Shown piece by piece: positions 27,046-36,293 of a stretch of DNA of 64,000 bases. The position numbers and the translations under genes were made by a program. The notes under the pieces were generated by a model. It ran no database searches. It was not told where the DNA came from and worked only from the letters and a program-made list of their open reading frames with translations. How positions within the stretch are numbered: position 1 is the first letter of the stretch; the number at the start of each line of letters is the position of its first letter. This DNA is from Bacillota bacterium. Lineage in GTDB: Bacteria; Bacillota; Clostridia; Christensenellales; CAG-138. The DNA is taken from NCBI GenBank assembly GCA_023399275.1, contig JAEWQH010000009.1, positions 2,489 to 66,488 of the forward strand, in the 5' to 3' direction.

Positions 27046-28836
27046 TTACTGAATTCCGGTCTGAATCTGCTTTGCCTCCACAACGCTGAAAGCCCAGCCG
27101 CCAAAGTCTTCCGTCTCTTCCCACGTGGCTGAACTGAGGTATTTGCCCGGCACGTCGCGCACGACCATGCCGAACATCACCGTCTGAACGCACGCCTCCG
27201 TCTGATCCCGGATCGCTTCGTCTACCAGCGCGATCTGCCCGTCGGCAATCCCCCCGATGAGCAGGTTGGAAAGAAACGGCGTCCTGGCCGTGGTTGCATA
27301 GGTATATCGCGCGGAGGTCGTCGTTTGTCCGTCGCGAACAAACTCGCGGTCAAACGTCTTGAGGTTGAGCGTAAGCGCATTCACCCAATCGGTATCATAG
27401 AGCGCGTTGAGCGTTTCGCGCCGCGGCGTGACAGCGACGCGGACGCTGATCGTGCAAAGCAGCGGTTCATCCTTGGCAAGCTGCGCCGTATCGACCGAGA
27501 GCACGATCTCGATCGTCTCCCCCGCTTCGTCGATCACCGCGCTTTCGCAGCGCACCAGGGCGGTAGACGGCTCCACCCAGTCCGCCTCCGGCTGCGCGCC
27601 TGCGTTCTCACGATATGTCAGCATGCGAATCTGTGTCGTAACGGTGCAGTCCTCCCGTGAAAACGAAATCTGCCCTGCCGGCACTACCAGTCCGTATTTG
27701 TCGACTATGTCTTCGGCCTTCTCCAGGGAATCCGTCAGCGTAAACGGGACCGTACAGCGCACCTTCACGTTCTGTTCGCCGCTGCCGCGCTCAAGGTCGT
27801 AGATCTTGGCAATCGGAACGGCCTCCAGCAACCGCTGGTATGACTCGGGAACCTCCTCTGCGGAAGGGTAACGGATGGCACCCGCTTCATCCGCAAGGCC
27901 GCGCACGAGAAATTGCGCGGGATAGTCGGCCGCGTCATACTGCTGATATCCGAGGGAAAACGAAGCGAAGATGTCGTCCTTATCCCGGCGCGAAACCCCG
28001 TACTCGGAGAAAAACAGCGCATAATGCGGCGTGCTCTCATCGAGCAGCCCTCCGCTCTCCAGTGAGGCGAGCGCTTTTTGCATCGCGCCGAGTACCTGCC
28101 GGTCGTCCCCCATGAACAGCAGGTAGAGCGGATGGCGGAAGTTTCCGTCTGCGTCGCGCTCCTGCACCATATAGTCGCTGAGCTTTCGGGTGCGGCCAGT
28201 CGCAGGATTGACGGGCAGGTTCTCAATCGCGCCGCGAAACTCTCCCACGATGGCGATGATGCCGAGCGTCGCGTTTTCCGGCTGCAGCACCTTGCTGCGC
28301 AGCGCCGTGGCCGCTTTCACGCAGTCGTCCTCGGTCGGGATCATCAGATCCGAAATCAATATCATCAACCGGTCGGAACTTCGCTGGTAGCGCTTCGCCA
28401 TGGCCGTGATGACGGAAGCGATATCGTTGCTCTCTTCTTGAAAGAACGGTTCCTGAACGGCCTCCTGAAAAAATGGTTCGGTGGATTCATGCAGAGACGT
28501 GCCGTTTATGAGGAGTTCGCTCGCGCGCAGATAGGTGCACTCGGCGCCGATGCCGACGCTTGAAACGGCGCTGAGCGCGGCGCGATAGCTCATGCAATAC
28601 TGTGCGACAAAGCCCTTCATGCCAAATCCGTCGTCAACGACGATGTCGTATCGCACCTGCTCCGTCCGGTCTGACTGTGCCTTCGCAGATTGCGGTTCGA
28701 GCAAGTCCAGCCCCCCATACAGCGCTTCTGTCGGCTCCATGATCCCGTATGGCTCCGGTGTTTCCGGTTTTCCGCAGCCGTACAAAGCAAAACAGCCCAT
28801 GAGGCAGATCAGCACACATAGTAACGTCTTTTTCAT
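27046..28836 (-). CDS. Lipoprotein, ~596 aa, with a possible degenerate vWA-like N-terminal domain (operon gene 1)
   Basis: ORF trimmed to the ATG at 28836 (MKKTLLCVLICLMGCFALYGCGKPE…; lipobox LYGC) after GGGAGA. YDIVVDDGFGMKGF and DRLMILISDLMIP resemble vWA beta-1 and beta-4 strands, but the MIDAS DxSxS motif is absent. Confidence 0.55.
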   Translation of the reverse strand: MKKTLLCVLICLMGCFALYGCGKPETPEPYGIMEPTEALYGGLDLLEPQSAKAQSDRTEQVRYDIVVDDGFGMKGFVAQYCMSYRAALSAVSSVGIGAECTYLRASELLINGTSLHESTEPFFQEAVQEPFFQEESNDIASVITAMAKRYQRSSDRLMILISDLMIPTEDDCVKAATALRSKVLQPENATLGIIAIVGEFRGAIENLPVNPATGRTRKLSDYMVQERDADGNFRHPLYLLFMGDDRQVLGAMQKALASLESGGLLDESTPHYALFFSEYGVSRRDKDDIFASFSLGYQQYDAADYPAQFLVRGLADEAGAIRYPSAEEVPESYQRLLEAVPIAKIYDLERGSGEQNVKVRCTVPFTLTDSLEKAEDIVDKYGLVVPAGQISFSREDCTVTTQIRMLTYRENAGAQPEADWVEPSTALVRCESAVIDEAGETIEIVLSVDTAQLAKDEPLLCTISVRVAVTPRRETLNALYDTDWVNALTLNLKTFDREFVRDGQTTTSARYTYATTARTPFLSNLLIGGIADGQIALVDEAIRDQTEACVQTVMFGMVVRDVPGKYLSSATWEETEDFGGWAFSVVEAKQIQTGIQ

Positions 28837-29238
28837 TGAAATCTCCCATCGCATGGTGTCGCCAGCCCAGAAAGGAACGAGTCGGGGGATCGAATGGCAT
28901 CGGCGGGATAGGCACCGGATTTGCCCCATCGTAACATTGCGCGGCTACGCGCACAAGGCGTATAAAAACGCGCATTATTGGGTATTTCCCTCTCGACGAT
29001 CGATCCCATCCCGTCGCAGCGACCGATGAAAAGCCCCTTTGGCGCGATTTCGCCGGCCCGCAGCCCGCTGAAAACGACTGTTTATCGGCAGCCGCGCTTT
29101 GCCCGCCGCCCTTTGGACTGCCGGCAATCCAACGCGCGAAAATACCCTTCTTTGGGGGATAAGCCGTTGCGCCGGCAACGCCGGATTCCATTGATGAAAG
29201 CTGCCGGTCTCTACAATCCCAAGCCGTTTTTGACGCAT

Positions 29239-29274
29239 AAAGAGGGCCTCCGAACCAAATCGGAAGCCCTCTTT
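29239..29274 (-). terminator. Stem-loop downstream of the GH31 gene
   Basis: AAAGAGGGCCTCCGA-N6-TCGGAAGCCCTCTTT, a 15-bp stem with one mismatch. There is no clean U-tract on the minus strand. Confidence 0.5.
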
Positions 29275-29296
29275 GATGATCGATTGGGTCGCAGGC

Positions 29297-31309
29297 TCAG
29301 CGGATCTCGCGCAGCCGCTCCATCACCCGCGCAATTTCGCTGTCAGCGCGGTAAAACACCGGCGGCTCGCCGATGGGCGCGGCGATCGTGACCGCGCCGC
29401 CCCTGTATGACGCACCCGACCAGAGATGCACCCAGTCGTCCTGCGGCAGGTAGAGCATGCGCGTCTGCGCCGCCTCCTCCACGACGGGCGCCACGAGGAT
29501 ATCGCGCCCCAAGAGGTATTCATACGGCTCGGTATACGCCCGCGCGTCGTCGGGATAATGCAAAAACAGCGTCCGCATGGCAGGCAGACCCGTTTCGCAG
29601 TTCTCCGCGCCGAGGGAGACGAGGTAGAGCGAGAGCGCCCGGTGGATGCGGGAAAAGCGCGAAAAGAAGGCTATGGTTTCGTCATCCGCGTCAAACTGCG
29701 TGTTTTCGTCCGGCCGGTTGCCTTCGTGCGTGCGCATTACGGGCGTAAACGCCGCGAACTCGCAGCCGCGCAGCAGCAGCTCCTTTGTGCGGTATTTGCC
29801 AAACAGCGCGGTATAGCCGCCGATATCGAAGGTGAGCATGCCAAACCCGGTCATGCCTAGCGAGAGCGCGGCGTTGATCACGCTCGGCAGCCCGTCATCC
29901 GGCGAAAAATCGACAAACTGGTCACCGGAGAACATCAGCGGAGAGTATCTCTGCGTGCCGGTCGCGCCGGAGCGGGTATAGAAACCGATCTTGCCGAGCA
30001 TGCCGCTCTCCAGCAGCGCCTCGTAGTTGAGCTTTGCCCAGAGCGTGGGCCATTCGTTGTGCGCCGAGATCGCGCTCTGTCCGGAAAAGAGCACGCAGTT
30101 GGTCGGCAGGTATTCGCCGAAATCCACCATCCAGCCGCGCAGACCCAGCGCGATCATGTTCTCCCGGATCACGCTCTTGTACCAGGTGCAGGCGGCGGGG
30201 TTCGTCAGGTCTACAAAGCCGCTGTCGAACTCGCCAAAGTCGATCAGGTAGTCCGTTCCATCCTGCTTTTTGACGAAGAAACCACGCGCCTTCGCTTCAG
30301 CGAAGAGCACGCCGCCCTCGACGAGGTAGGGGTTGATGTAGCCCATCCAGGCGATTTTGCGCGCGTCGTTTGCCGCGATGTCCTCCCGCAGAGAAGGGTA
30401 CGTCTCGCTGTTCCAGCGCCAGTCCCACTGCAGGCGCTTGCCGAAGCTCGTGACGCGCTTGCCGACCCAATCCTGCGTCCAGACCGCTGAGACGGCTGTG
30501 TCCGCGGCAAGCATGCGCTCTAGCTTGCTGCGGCAGGCTTCGGAGCCGCCCTGCATGCCCAGCAGTATGCCGTTGAACATGTATTCCGGCAGCGGCGGCT
30601 GGCGGCCGACCAGCGCGGTGAGGTCGCCCAGCAGCGCCGGATAGCTCTCCTTTGCGCCTATGGTGAGTGAAAATGCGCTCTGCCAAAGGTGGAGTCCGTG
30701 GAATCCCGCGTGGGAGAAGTCCACCTCCGCATAGTCGTAGCCGTGCAGGTGCAGATAATACAGCCGCGAGGAGACAAACGTCGCCTCGGGGTAATACGTC
30801 GTCCAGTAGTCCCCGCCGCCGCCGTCGAGCTGGTCGGCAAGAAACGTTGTGAGCGTTTTTTTGTTTCGGCCGACGCCCTGCTCCATGGTGAAGATCGGGT
30901 AGTTCCTGCCACGCAGGTCGAGGCTCGAGAACTGCTCGCCCAGGCCATAGACGTGCTCGTCCGCCTCGGCGAACACCTTGAGCCACAGCCGGTTGTAACG
31001 CGGGCTGTCGCAGCAGCCGGAGACGTCCAGCCGGCCGCCCTGTTCACGCAGGGTGAGCGTAAACGCCGCGGCATGATAGTCCTTGTAGAGGCGGATGACA
31101 ATGCCGCCCTCATCCTGCACGGCGGTAAACGCCGAAAACGGGATGCGCTCGGCGATCTCGTCCGAGATATGAAAATTGCCGTGGTGCATATCGATCGTCT
31201 CGCTGCCCACGCCGAGATAGAGCATCGGCTCCGCCAGCGTGTGGCGCAGGATCAGCCTTCCGTCGTAAAAAAGCGAAAAGCCGGCTTCGGTTCGGTCGAG
31301 TTTGAGCAT
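29297..31309 (-). CDS. yihQ: GH31 glycoside hydrolase, YihQ-like sulfoquinovosidase
   Basis: 670 aa. As far as I recall the E. coli YihQ sequence, this protein is collinear with it: GNFHISD, YGLGEQFS, MEQGVGRNK, QDWVGKRVTSFGKRLQWDWRWN (30425..30475), GWMVDFGEYLP, MRTHEGNRP, PPVFYRADSE. Confidence 0.8.
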   Translation of the reverse strand: MLKLDRTEAGFSLFYDGRLILRHTLAEPMLYLGVGSETIDMHHGNFHISDEIAERIPFSAFTAVQDEGGIVIRLYKDYHAAAFTLTLREQGGRLDVSGCCDSPRYNRLWLKVFAEADEHVYGLGEQFSSLDLRGRNYPIFTMEQGVGRNKKTLTTFLADQLDGGGGDYWTTYYPEATFVSSRLYYLHLHGYDYAEVDFSHAGFHGLHLWQSAFSLTIGAKESYPALLGDLTALVGRQPPLPEYMFNGILLGMQGGSEACRSKLERMLAADTAVSAVWTQDWVGKRVTSFGKRLQWDWRWNSETYPSLREDIAANDARKIAWMGYINPYLVEGGVLFAEAKARGFFVKKQDGTDYLIDFGEFDSGFVDLTNPAACTWYKSVIRENMIALGLRGWMVDFGEYLPTNCVLFSGQSAISAHNEWPTLWAKLNYEALLESGMLGKIGFYTRSGATGTQRYSPLMFSGDQFVDFSPDDGLPSVINAALSLGMTGFGMLTFDIGGYTALFGKYRTKELLLRGCEFAAFTPVMRTHEGNRPDENTQFDADDETIAFFSRFSRIHRALSLYLVSLGAENCETGLPAMRTLFLHYPDDARAYTEPYEYLLGRDILVAPVVEEAAQTRMLYLPQDDWVHLWSGASYRGGAVTIAAPIGEPPVFYRADSEIARVMERLREIR

Positions 31310-31324
31310 GCCTTGTTCCCTCCG

Positions 31325-32788
31325 TCAATAGATGCCTGCGAGTCTGCCGACCAGGTAGATCGCCCCGGTCATGATGGGCGCCGCTGCCAGCGTCATCACG
31401 ACGCCGCTCTTTGCCATATCCGCAATCGAAAAATATCCCGCGGAGTAGGGGATCACGCTCGTGGGCGTGCTGGTGACGAGAATGAACGCGATGTTCAGCG
31501 TCATCGCCGCCGGCATGACGATGCCGAGCGGAGAGAGGCCGAGCTGGCCCGCCACCGCAATCATGATGGGGATGACGACCGTAGCGGTGACGGTGTTGCT
31601 GGAAAGCCCCAGCTTGAGGATGGAGACGATCAGTATCACGCTGATGATCTGCACCAAAACAGGCAGCGTGCCGATGTTGCCCAGCAGCAGCATCGCAAGC
31701 CACTGCGCCGCGCCGCTTTCGTAGACGAGCATGCCCAGCGATATACCGCTGGCGATGAGCAGGATGCCGCTCCAGGAGATATCGCTCTCCACGTCCTTCC
31801 AGCGGATATCCGTCACGCCGGGGAAGAAGAAGAGGCACGCGCCGAGGATCGCCGGCAGCGAGGTCGGGATCTTGAAGCCGAGCCAGTCTCCAAGCGGTTT
31901 GCTGACGAGCCAGAGCGCGACCGTGAGCAGAAAGATCGCCATCGTGGCGCGCTCGTTGTGCGTCATCTTCGGCAGCGCGGCATATTCGCGCCTGAGGTCC
32001 TCGCTGCTGCGCCGTATGCACGGCATCTCCGGTTTGAAAAACGCCAGCAGGATCCACCACGCGGGCAGGATGAGCAGCAGCATGCAGGGCACGCCGTAGA
32101 GCATCCAGCCTGCAAAGGTGATCTCGGTGTTGAGCATGTCTCGCACAAAGCCAATGGCGAGGCTGTTTGCCCCGCCGCCCGCGGGCGAGCCCGCGCCGCC
32201 GATGAGCGCACCCCATGCCACCGCGATGAACAGCGCTTTGCCAAAGCGGCTCTTGCCGGGCTCGAGCTGCTCTTCCTCCGCGATGGAGCGCGCAAGCGGC
32301 ATCAGCATGGCCGCCGCGGCGAGCGTGGTGATCCACATGCCGATGAGCGCGCCCGCTATGAGAAAACCGAGTATGATATGGCTCGTCTTGTTGCCGGTCA
32401 GCCGCAGGATCATCATCGATATGCGCCGCCCGAGCCCGCTCTTGGTGATGGCCGCGGAGAGCGCGAGCACGCCGATGAAGAAGAGCACCGTATCGTTGCC
32501 GAAGCCGAGTTTGACCACGTTGACGAACGTATCCGCCTTGAGCGCGGCGAGCAGGATCATGCCGATCAACCCGGCGATGTGGAAGGGAATCGGTTCCGCG
32601 ATCCACAGCAGCAGGCAGAAGAATAGCACGCCGAGCACCACGCGCCCCTGCTGCGTGAGCTCCGCGCCGTCGAGCTCGAGCACGCTCTGCGGCAGGGGAA
32701 CGAGGATCACCGCAGCAAGCAGCAGCGCGGCAAGCAGCAGCCAAACGAGTCTGGCGGCGACCGGGGAAGCCGGCTTGGTCGATTTCAT
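31325..32788 (-). CDS. DASS/SLC13-type (ArsB/NhaD superfamily) anion transporter
   Basis: 487 aa and multi-TM. N-terminal …LLLWIAEPIPFHIAGLIG… and a repeated hairpin-type architecture typical of divalent-anion:Na+ symporters. Confidence 0.75.
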   Translation of the reverse strand: MKSTKPASPVAARLVWLLLAALLLAAVILVPLPQSVLELDGAELTQQGRVVLGVLFFCLLLWIAEPIPFHIAGLIGMILLAALKADTFVNVVKLGFGNDTVLFFIGVLALSAAITKSGLGRRISMMILRLTGNKTSHIILGFLIAGALIGMWITTLAAAAMLMPLARSIAEEEQLEPGKSRFGKALFIAVAWGALIGGAGSPAGGGANSLAIGFVRDMLNTEITFAGWMLYGVPCMLLLILPAWWILLAFFKPEMPCIRRSSEDLRREYAALPKMTHNERATMAIFLLTVALWLVSKPLGDWLGFKIPTSLPAILGACLFFFPGVTDIRWKDVESDISWSGILLIASGISLGMLVYESGAAQWLAMLLLGNIGTLPVLVQIISVILIVSILKLGLSSNTVTATVVIPIMIAVAGQLGLSPLGIVMPAAMTLNIAFILVTSTPTSVIPYSAGYFSIADMAKSGVVMTLAAAPIMTGAIYLVGRLAGIY

Positions 32789-32794
32789 AGCGCG

Positions 32795-33685
32795 CTACTC
32801 CCTTTTGCCGAGCGCTTGGGCAAGCAGGGTGCCCACCTCGCGCGGGCGCATGGCGACGCGCGCGCCGGCCGACTCGAGCAGACGTGTTTTGTCCGCGACC
32901 GAGCCTCTTCCTCCGGTGATGATCGCGCCGGCGTGGCCCATGCGCGTACCGGCGGGCGCGGTGCGGCCGGAGAGGAACGCAACGAGCGGTTTGGTGAACG
33001 CGCCGCGCGAGACCGCCTCGGCGACCTCCTCCTCCATCGTACCGCCCAGTTCGCCGATGATCACGACCGCGTCGGTCTCCGCATCCGCCTCAAACGCGGG
33101 TAAAAACTCCGCAAAACGCGCGCCGGGCACCGGGTCGCCGCCCACGCCGATGAGCGAGGAGACGCCAAAGCCCGCCGCAACGACCATCGCCGTGACCTCG
33201 TTGGTCAGCGAGCCGCTGCGGGTCATCACGCCGATACGCCCGGGCTGATAGACGCGCGAAATCCAGTACGGAATGCTGCCCATCATGGCTTTGCCGGGCG
33301 CGATGATGCCGCTGGTGTTGCCGCCGATGACGACTGCGTTGTTTGCCAGAGCCGCCGCGCGGATCTTCGCCTGCTCGTGCAGCGGGATGCCGTCTGCTAG
33401 GGTGACGATCAGGCGGATGCCGCTGTCGAGCGACTCCAGCACCGCATCCAGCACGAACTTTGGCGGCACGAACACCATCGCCGCATCGGCCTTATGTTCC
33501 TTTACCGCGTTTCGAACGCTATGGTAGACCGGCGCGCCGCAGCAGAGCTGCCCCTCCTTACCCGGGGTGACGCCCGCAACCACGCGGGTGCCCATATCGA
33601 CCATGTGCTGTGTCCAGAAGGCGCCCTCCTTGCCGGTGATGCCCTGTACGAGCACGCGGGTGTTTCGATCGATCAGTATGCTCAT
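32795..33685 (-). CDS. Succinyl-CoA-synthetase-like ADP-forming acyl-CoA ligase, alpha (CoA-binding) subunit
   Basis: ORF trimmed to the ATG at 33685 (MSILIDRNTRVLVQGITGKEG…) after GGGAGGGAA. Has the SucD-like catalytic-His region …GTRMGHAGAII. 4-nt overlap with the beta-subunit gene. Confidence 0.85.
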   Translation of the reverse strand: MSILIDRNTRVLVQGITGKEGAFWTQHMVDMGTRVVAGVTPGKEGQLCCGAPVYHSVRNAVKEHKADAAMVFVPPKFVLDAVLESLDSGIRLIVTLADGIPLHEQAKIRAAALANNAVVIGGNTSGIIAPGKAMMGSIPYWISRVYQPGRIGVMTRSGSLTNEVTAMVVAAGFGVSSLIGVGGDPVPGARFAEFLPAFEADAETDAVVIIGELGGTMEEEVAEAVSRGAFTKPLVAFLSGRTAPAGTRMGHAGAIITGGRGSVADKTRLLESAGARVAMRPREVGTLLAQALGKRE

Positions 33686-34809
33686 GCCCGTTCCCTCCCG
33701 CTCGCGATGGCGACGGCTTTTTTCACCGCTTCTTCCGTGTCCGAAAGCCGCTTGAGGCCGATGGGCGCGAAGATCTCGTCCACGCGTTCCTCTCCCGTGC
33801 CGCGCAGGCACGCGACGATGGGACAATCCGGCTTGAGCTCCTGCACAGCCTTGATGATGCCCTCGGCCATCACGTCCGCCCGCGCGATGGTGCCGAAGGT
33901 GACGATGAGGATCACCTTCGGTTTGTTTGCAAGGCAGAGACGCATAGCGGTGCCCGCCTTCATATAATTCGGCCCGCCGAACTCGAGATAGTTTGCAACG
34001 GTGCCGCCCTCGTAGTTCACGAGGTCATAGACGGTGTTTGCAAGCCCGGCGCCCGCGCACATCAGGCTGATATCCCCGTCGAACTCGATGTAAGGGATGC
34101 CCTCCTTCGCGGCCTCGTACTCCATATCGCTACCATAGTAAGCACGGCCCTTTTCATATGCGGCGTGGCGGAACATGGAGTTGTCGTCTATGCTCAGCTT
34201 GCCGTCGCCGGCGATTGTCGCGCCGTCCTTTGTCAGAAACAGCGGGTTGATTTCGATGAGCTCCGCGTCCATGCTGCGAAACGCCCTGTAGAGCGCGGCG
34301 CAGATCCTGCCGGTCTGCTTGAGCGCGTCGCCCCGAAGCCCGAGCCGGTAGGTGAAGTCGTTGATCTGAAACGGCTGCAGGCCCCGGTCGAGATCGATAA
34401 ACTCACGCACGATCTTCTCCGGCATATCGGCAGCGACGCGCTCGATGTCCACGCCGCCCTCGGCGCAGCCCATGAGCACGGCGCGCCCACCGGGCGCGTC
34501 CATCGTGAGCGCAAGATACAGTTCGCGCCCGATATCGACAGCCTCCTCCACCAGCACGGCGTGGAGCGAGGGCACCTCGGCAAAGTAGCGCTGCGCCAGG
34601 GACTGCGCCTCCTCCGCCGTGCGCGCGAGCTTGACCAGCCCAGCCTTTCCGCGCCCGCCGGAGAGCACCTGGCACTTGAGCACGCAGGGCAGGCCGACGG
34701 TTTCCACGGCAGCCGCCGCTTCGCCGGGGCCGGCGATCAGAACCGATTTTGGCACCGGAATGCCCGCGCCCGCGAACACCTCCTTGGCCTGGTATTCAAA
34801 CAGCTTCAT
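33682..34809 (-). CDS. Succinyl-CoA-synthetase-like ADP-forming acyl-CoA ligase, beta (ATP-grasp) subunit
   Basis: ORF trimmed to the ATG at 34809 (MKLFEYQAKEVFAGAGIPVP…), the classic SucC N-terminus. 375 aa. Confidence 0.85.
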   Translation of the reverse strand: MKLFEYQAKEVFAGAGIPVPKSVLIAGPGEAAAAVETVGLPCVLKCQVLSGGRGKAGLVKLARTAEEAQSLAQRYFAEVPSLHAVLVEEAVDIGRELYLALTMDAPGGRAVLMGCAEGGVDIERVAADMPEKIVREFIDLDRGLQPFQINDFTYRLGLRGDALKQTGRICAALYRAFRSMDAELIEINPLFLTKDGATIAGDGKLSIDDNSMFRHAAYEKGRAYYGSDMEYEAAKEGIPYIEFDGDISLMCAGAGLANTVYDLVNYEGGTVANYLEFGGPNYMKAGTAMRLCLANKPKVILIVTFGTIARADVMAEGIIKAVQELKPDCPIVACLRGTGEERVDEIFAPIGLKRLSDTEEAVKKAVAIASGRERA

Positions 34810-34828
34810 AATTCTTCTTCCTTTTATC

Positions 34829-36229
34829 TCAGCGGAGGCTCTGCAGATACGCGCCGAAGACCGCCTCGTCCGTCGGGCGGTGCGGGGTGATCGGCTCGGA
34901 GACCCAGGTGACGTTGATGAAGTGCTTGTAGGTGATGTTCTCCGTGGTGATGTTATTGCCCCATGTGCCACAGCCGAGCGTGACCGTGGAGGGCATGCCG
35001 TTGAAGAACGCGCCGCCGTTCGCCGCGGCCTGCGGCTGGCGGACGATCACGCGGCTGGTCTGCATATGCTCGCCCAGATAATCGATATAGTCGCGGTTGA
35101 AGGTATGGATGCCGCAGCTGTGTCCGCGACCCGAGTTGTCGGTCAGGCGCCTGAGGATCTCCACGCCCTCGGCAAATGCGGCGTATTTCCACAGGGTCAG
35201 CACAGGGGAAAGCTTCTCCTCTGCAAAGAGGTCCTCTTCGAGCGGCATCTCGCCCTCGACCAGCAGCATCACGGTGCTTTCCGGCACGGATATGCCGGCA
35301 AGCTCCGCGATCTTGCGCGCACTCCTGGCGACGATCTCGCCGTTGATGACGAGCGCGCCTTTCTTGTTGAGCCGCCACATCGTATCTTTGAGCTTCTGCC
35401 GCTCTGCGCCGGAGACGAGGTAGCCGCCCTCTGCGGTCAGCGCGGCGAGCATTGCTTCGTAAACGCCCTGCTGGATGACGATGGAGTTCTCGGAAGAACA
35501 GCTGGTGGCGTTGTCAAACGTCTTGCTGGTCTTGATCTTTTTTGCCGCGTCGGCGATATCCGCATCCTCCGCGATGATCTGGCAGGCGTTGCCGGGCCCT
35601 ACGCCGAAGGCCGGCCTGCCGCTGGAGTAGGCGGCCTTGACCATCGGTCCTCCGCCCGTGGCGACGACGAGGTCGATCTGGCGCATCAACTCGCCTGTGC
35701 ATTCGATGCTCGGCTCCTCGATCACCTGGATCAAATCCTCCGGCGCGCCCACTTTCTTCAGCCCCGCGCGCATGAAGTCCACCGCCAGCTTGGTGCTGGC
35801 CTTGGCGTGCGGATGCGGCGCGAAAATGACTGCGTTGCGCCCTTTTAATATGGAGACGGCGTTGCTCGACGGCGTCGCCGTAGGATTCGTAATCGGCGTC
35901 AGCGCGCCGATGACGCCGACGGGCTTCGCGTATTTCTTGATGCCGCGGGCTGCGTCCTCTTCGATGAGGCCGACGCTCTTGACGCGCTGCACGTCGTCGA
36001 TGACGCCGAGCACCTTGTTTTTGTGCTTGGTGATCTTGTCGGCCACCGAACCCATGCCGGTTTCAGAGACGGCAAGCTCGGCAAGCTTTTGGATGTTTTC
36101 GTCGTTGTAGACTTCCCAGGCGATGGCCGTACAGACGCGGTCGATCTGCTCCTGCGTGTAATCGGCGATCTTGGCTTGCGCGGTGCGCGCTTTTGAGACA
36201 AGCTGGGCGATAAGTTCCTGACTTTCCAT
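34829..36229 (-). CDS. CoA-acylating aldehyde dehydrogenase (EutE/PduP/SauS-like)
   Basis: ORF trimmed to the ATG at 36229 (MESQELIAQLVSKARTAQ…) after GGAGGG. 466 aa. …FDNATSCSSENS… carries the catalytic Cys context of acylating ALDHs. Confidence 0.8.
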   Translation of the reverse strand: MESQELIAQLVSKARTAQAKIADYTQEQIDRVCTAIAWEVYNDENIQKLAELAVSETGMGSVADKITKHKNKVLGVIDDVQRVKSVGLIEEDAARGIKKYAKPVGVIGALTPITNPTATPSSNAVSILKGRNAVIFAPHPHAKASTKLAVDFMRAGLKKVGAPEDLIQVIEEPSIECTGELMRQIDLVVATGGGPMVKAAYSSGRPAFGVGPGNACQIIAEDADIADAAKKIKTSKTFDNATSCSSENSIVIQQGVYEAMLAALTAEGGYLVSGAERQKLKDTMWRLNKKGALVINGEIVARSARKIAELAGISVPESTVMLLVEGEMPLEEDLFAEEKLSPVLTLWKYAAFAEGVEILRRLTDNSGRGHSCGIHTFNRDYIDYLGEHMQTSRVIVRQPQAAANGGAFFNGMPSTVTLGCGTWGNNITTENITYKHFINVTWVSEPITPHRPTDEAVFGAYLQSLR

Positions 36230-36293
36230 GTTGCGACCCTCCAGTACATACGGATATGATGGTTGGGGCAGGCCGTCCACCTGCGGCATGCAC

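Noticed and set aside
28634-29238. 185-aa and 87-aa minus-strand ORFs upstream of the lipoprotein gene
   Set aside because: They are Arg/Gly/Ala-rich with no RBS. The 185-aa ORF overlaps the lipoprotein gene's 5' end (down to 28634) out of frame. I treat the upstream region as non-coding.
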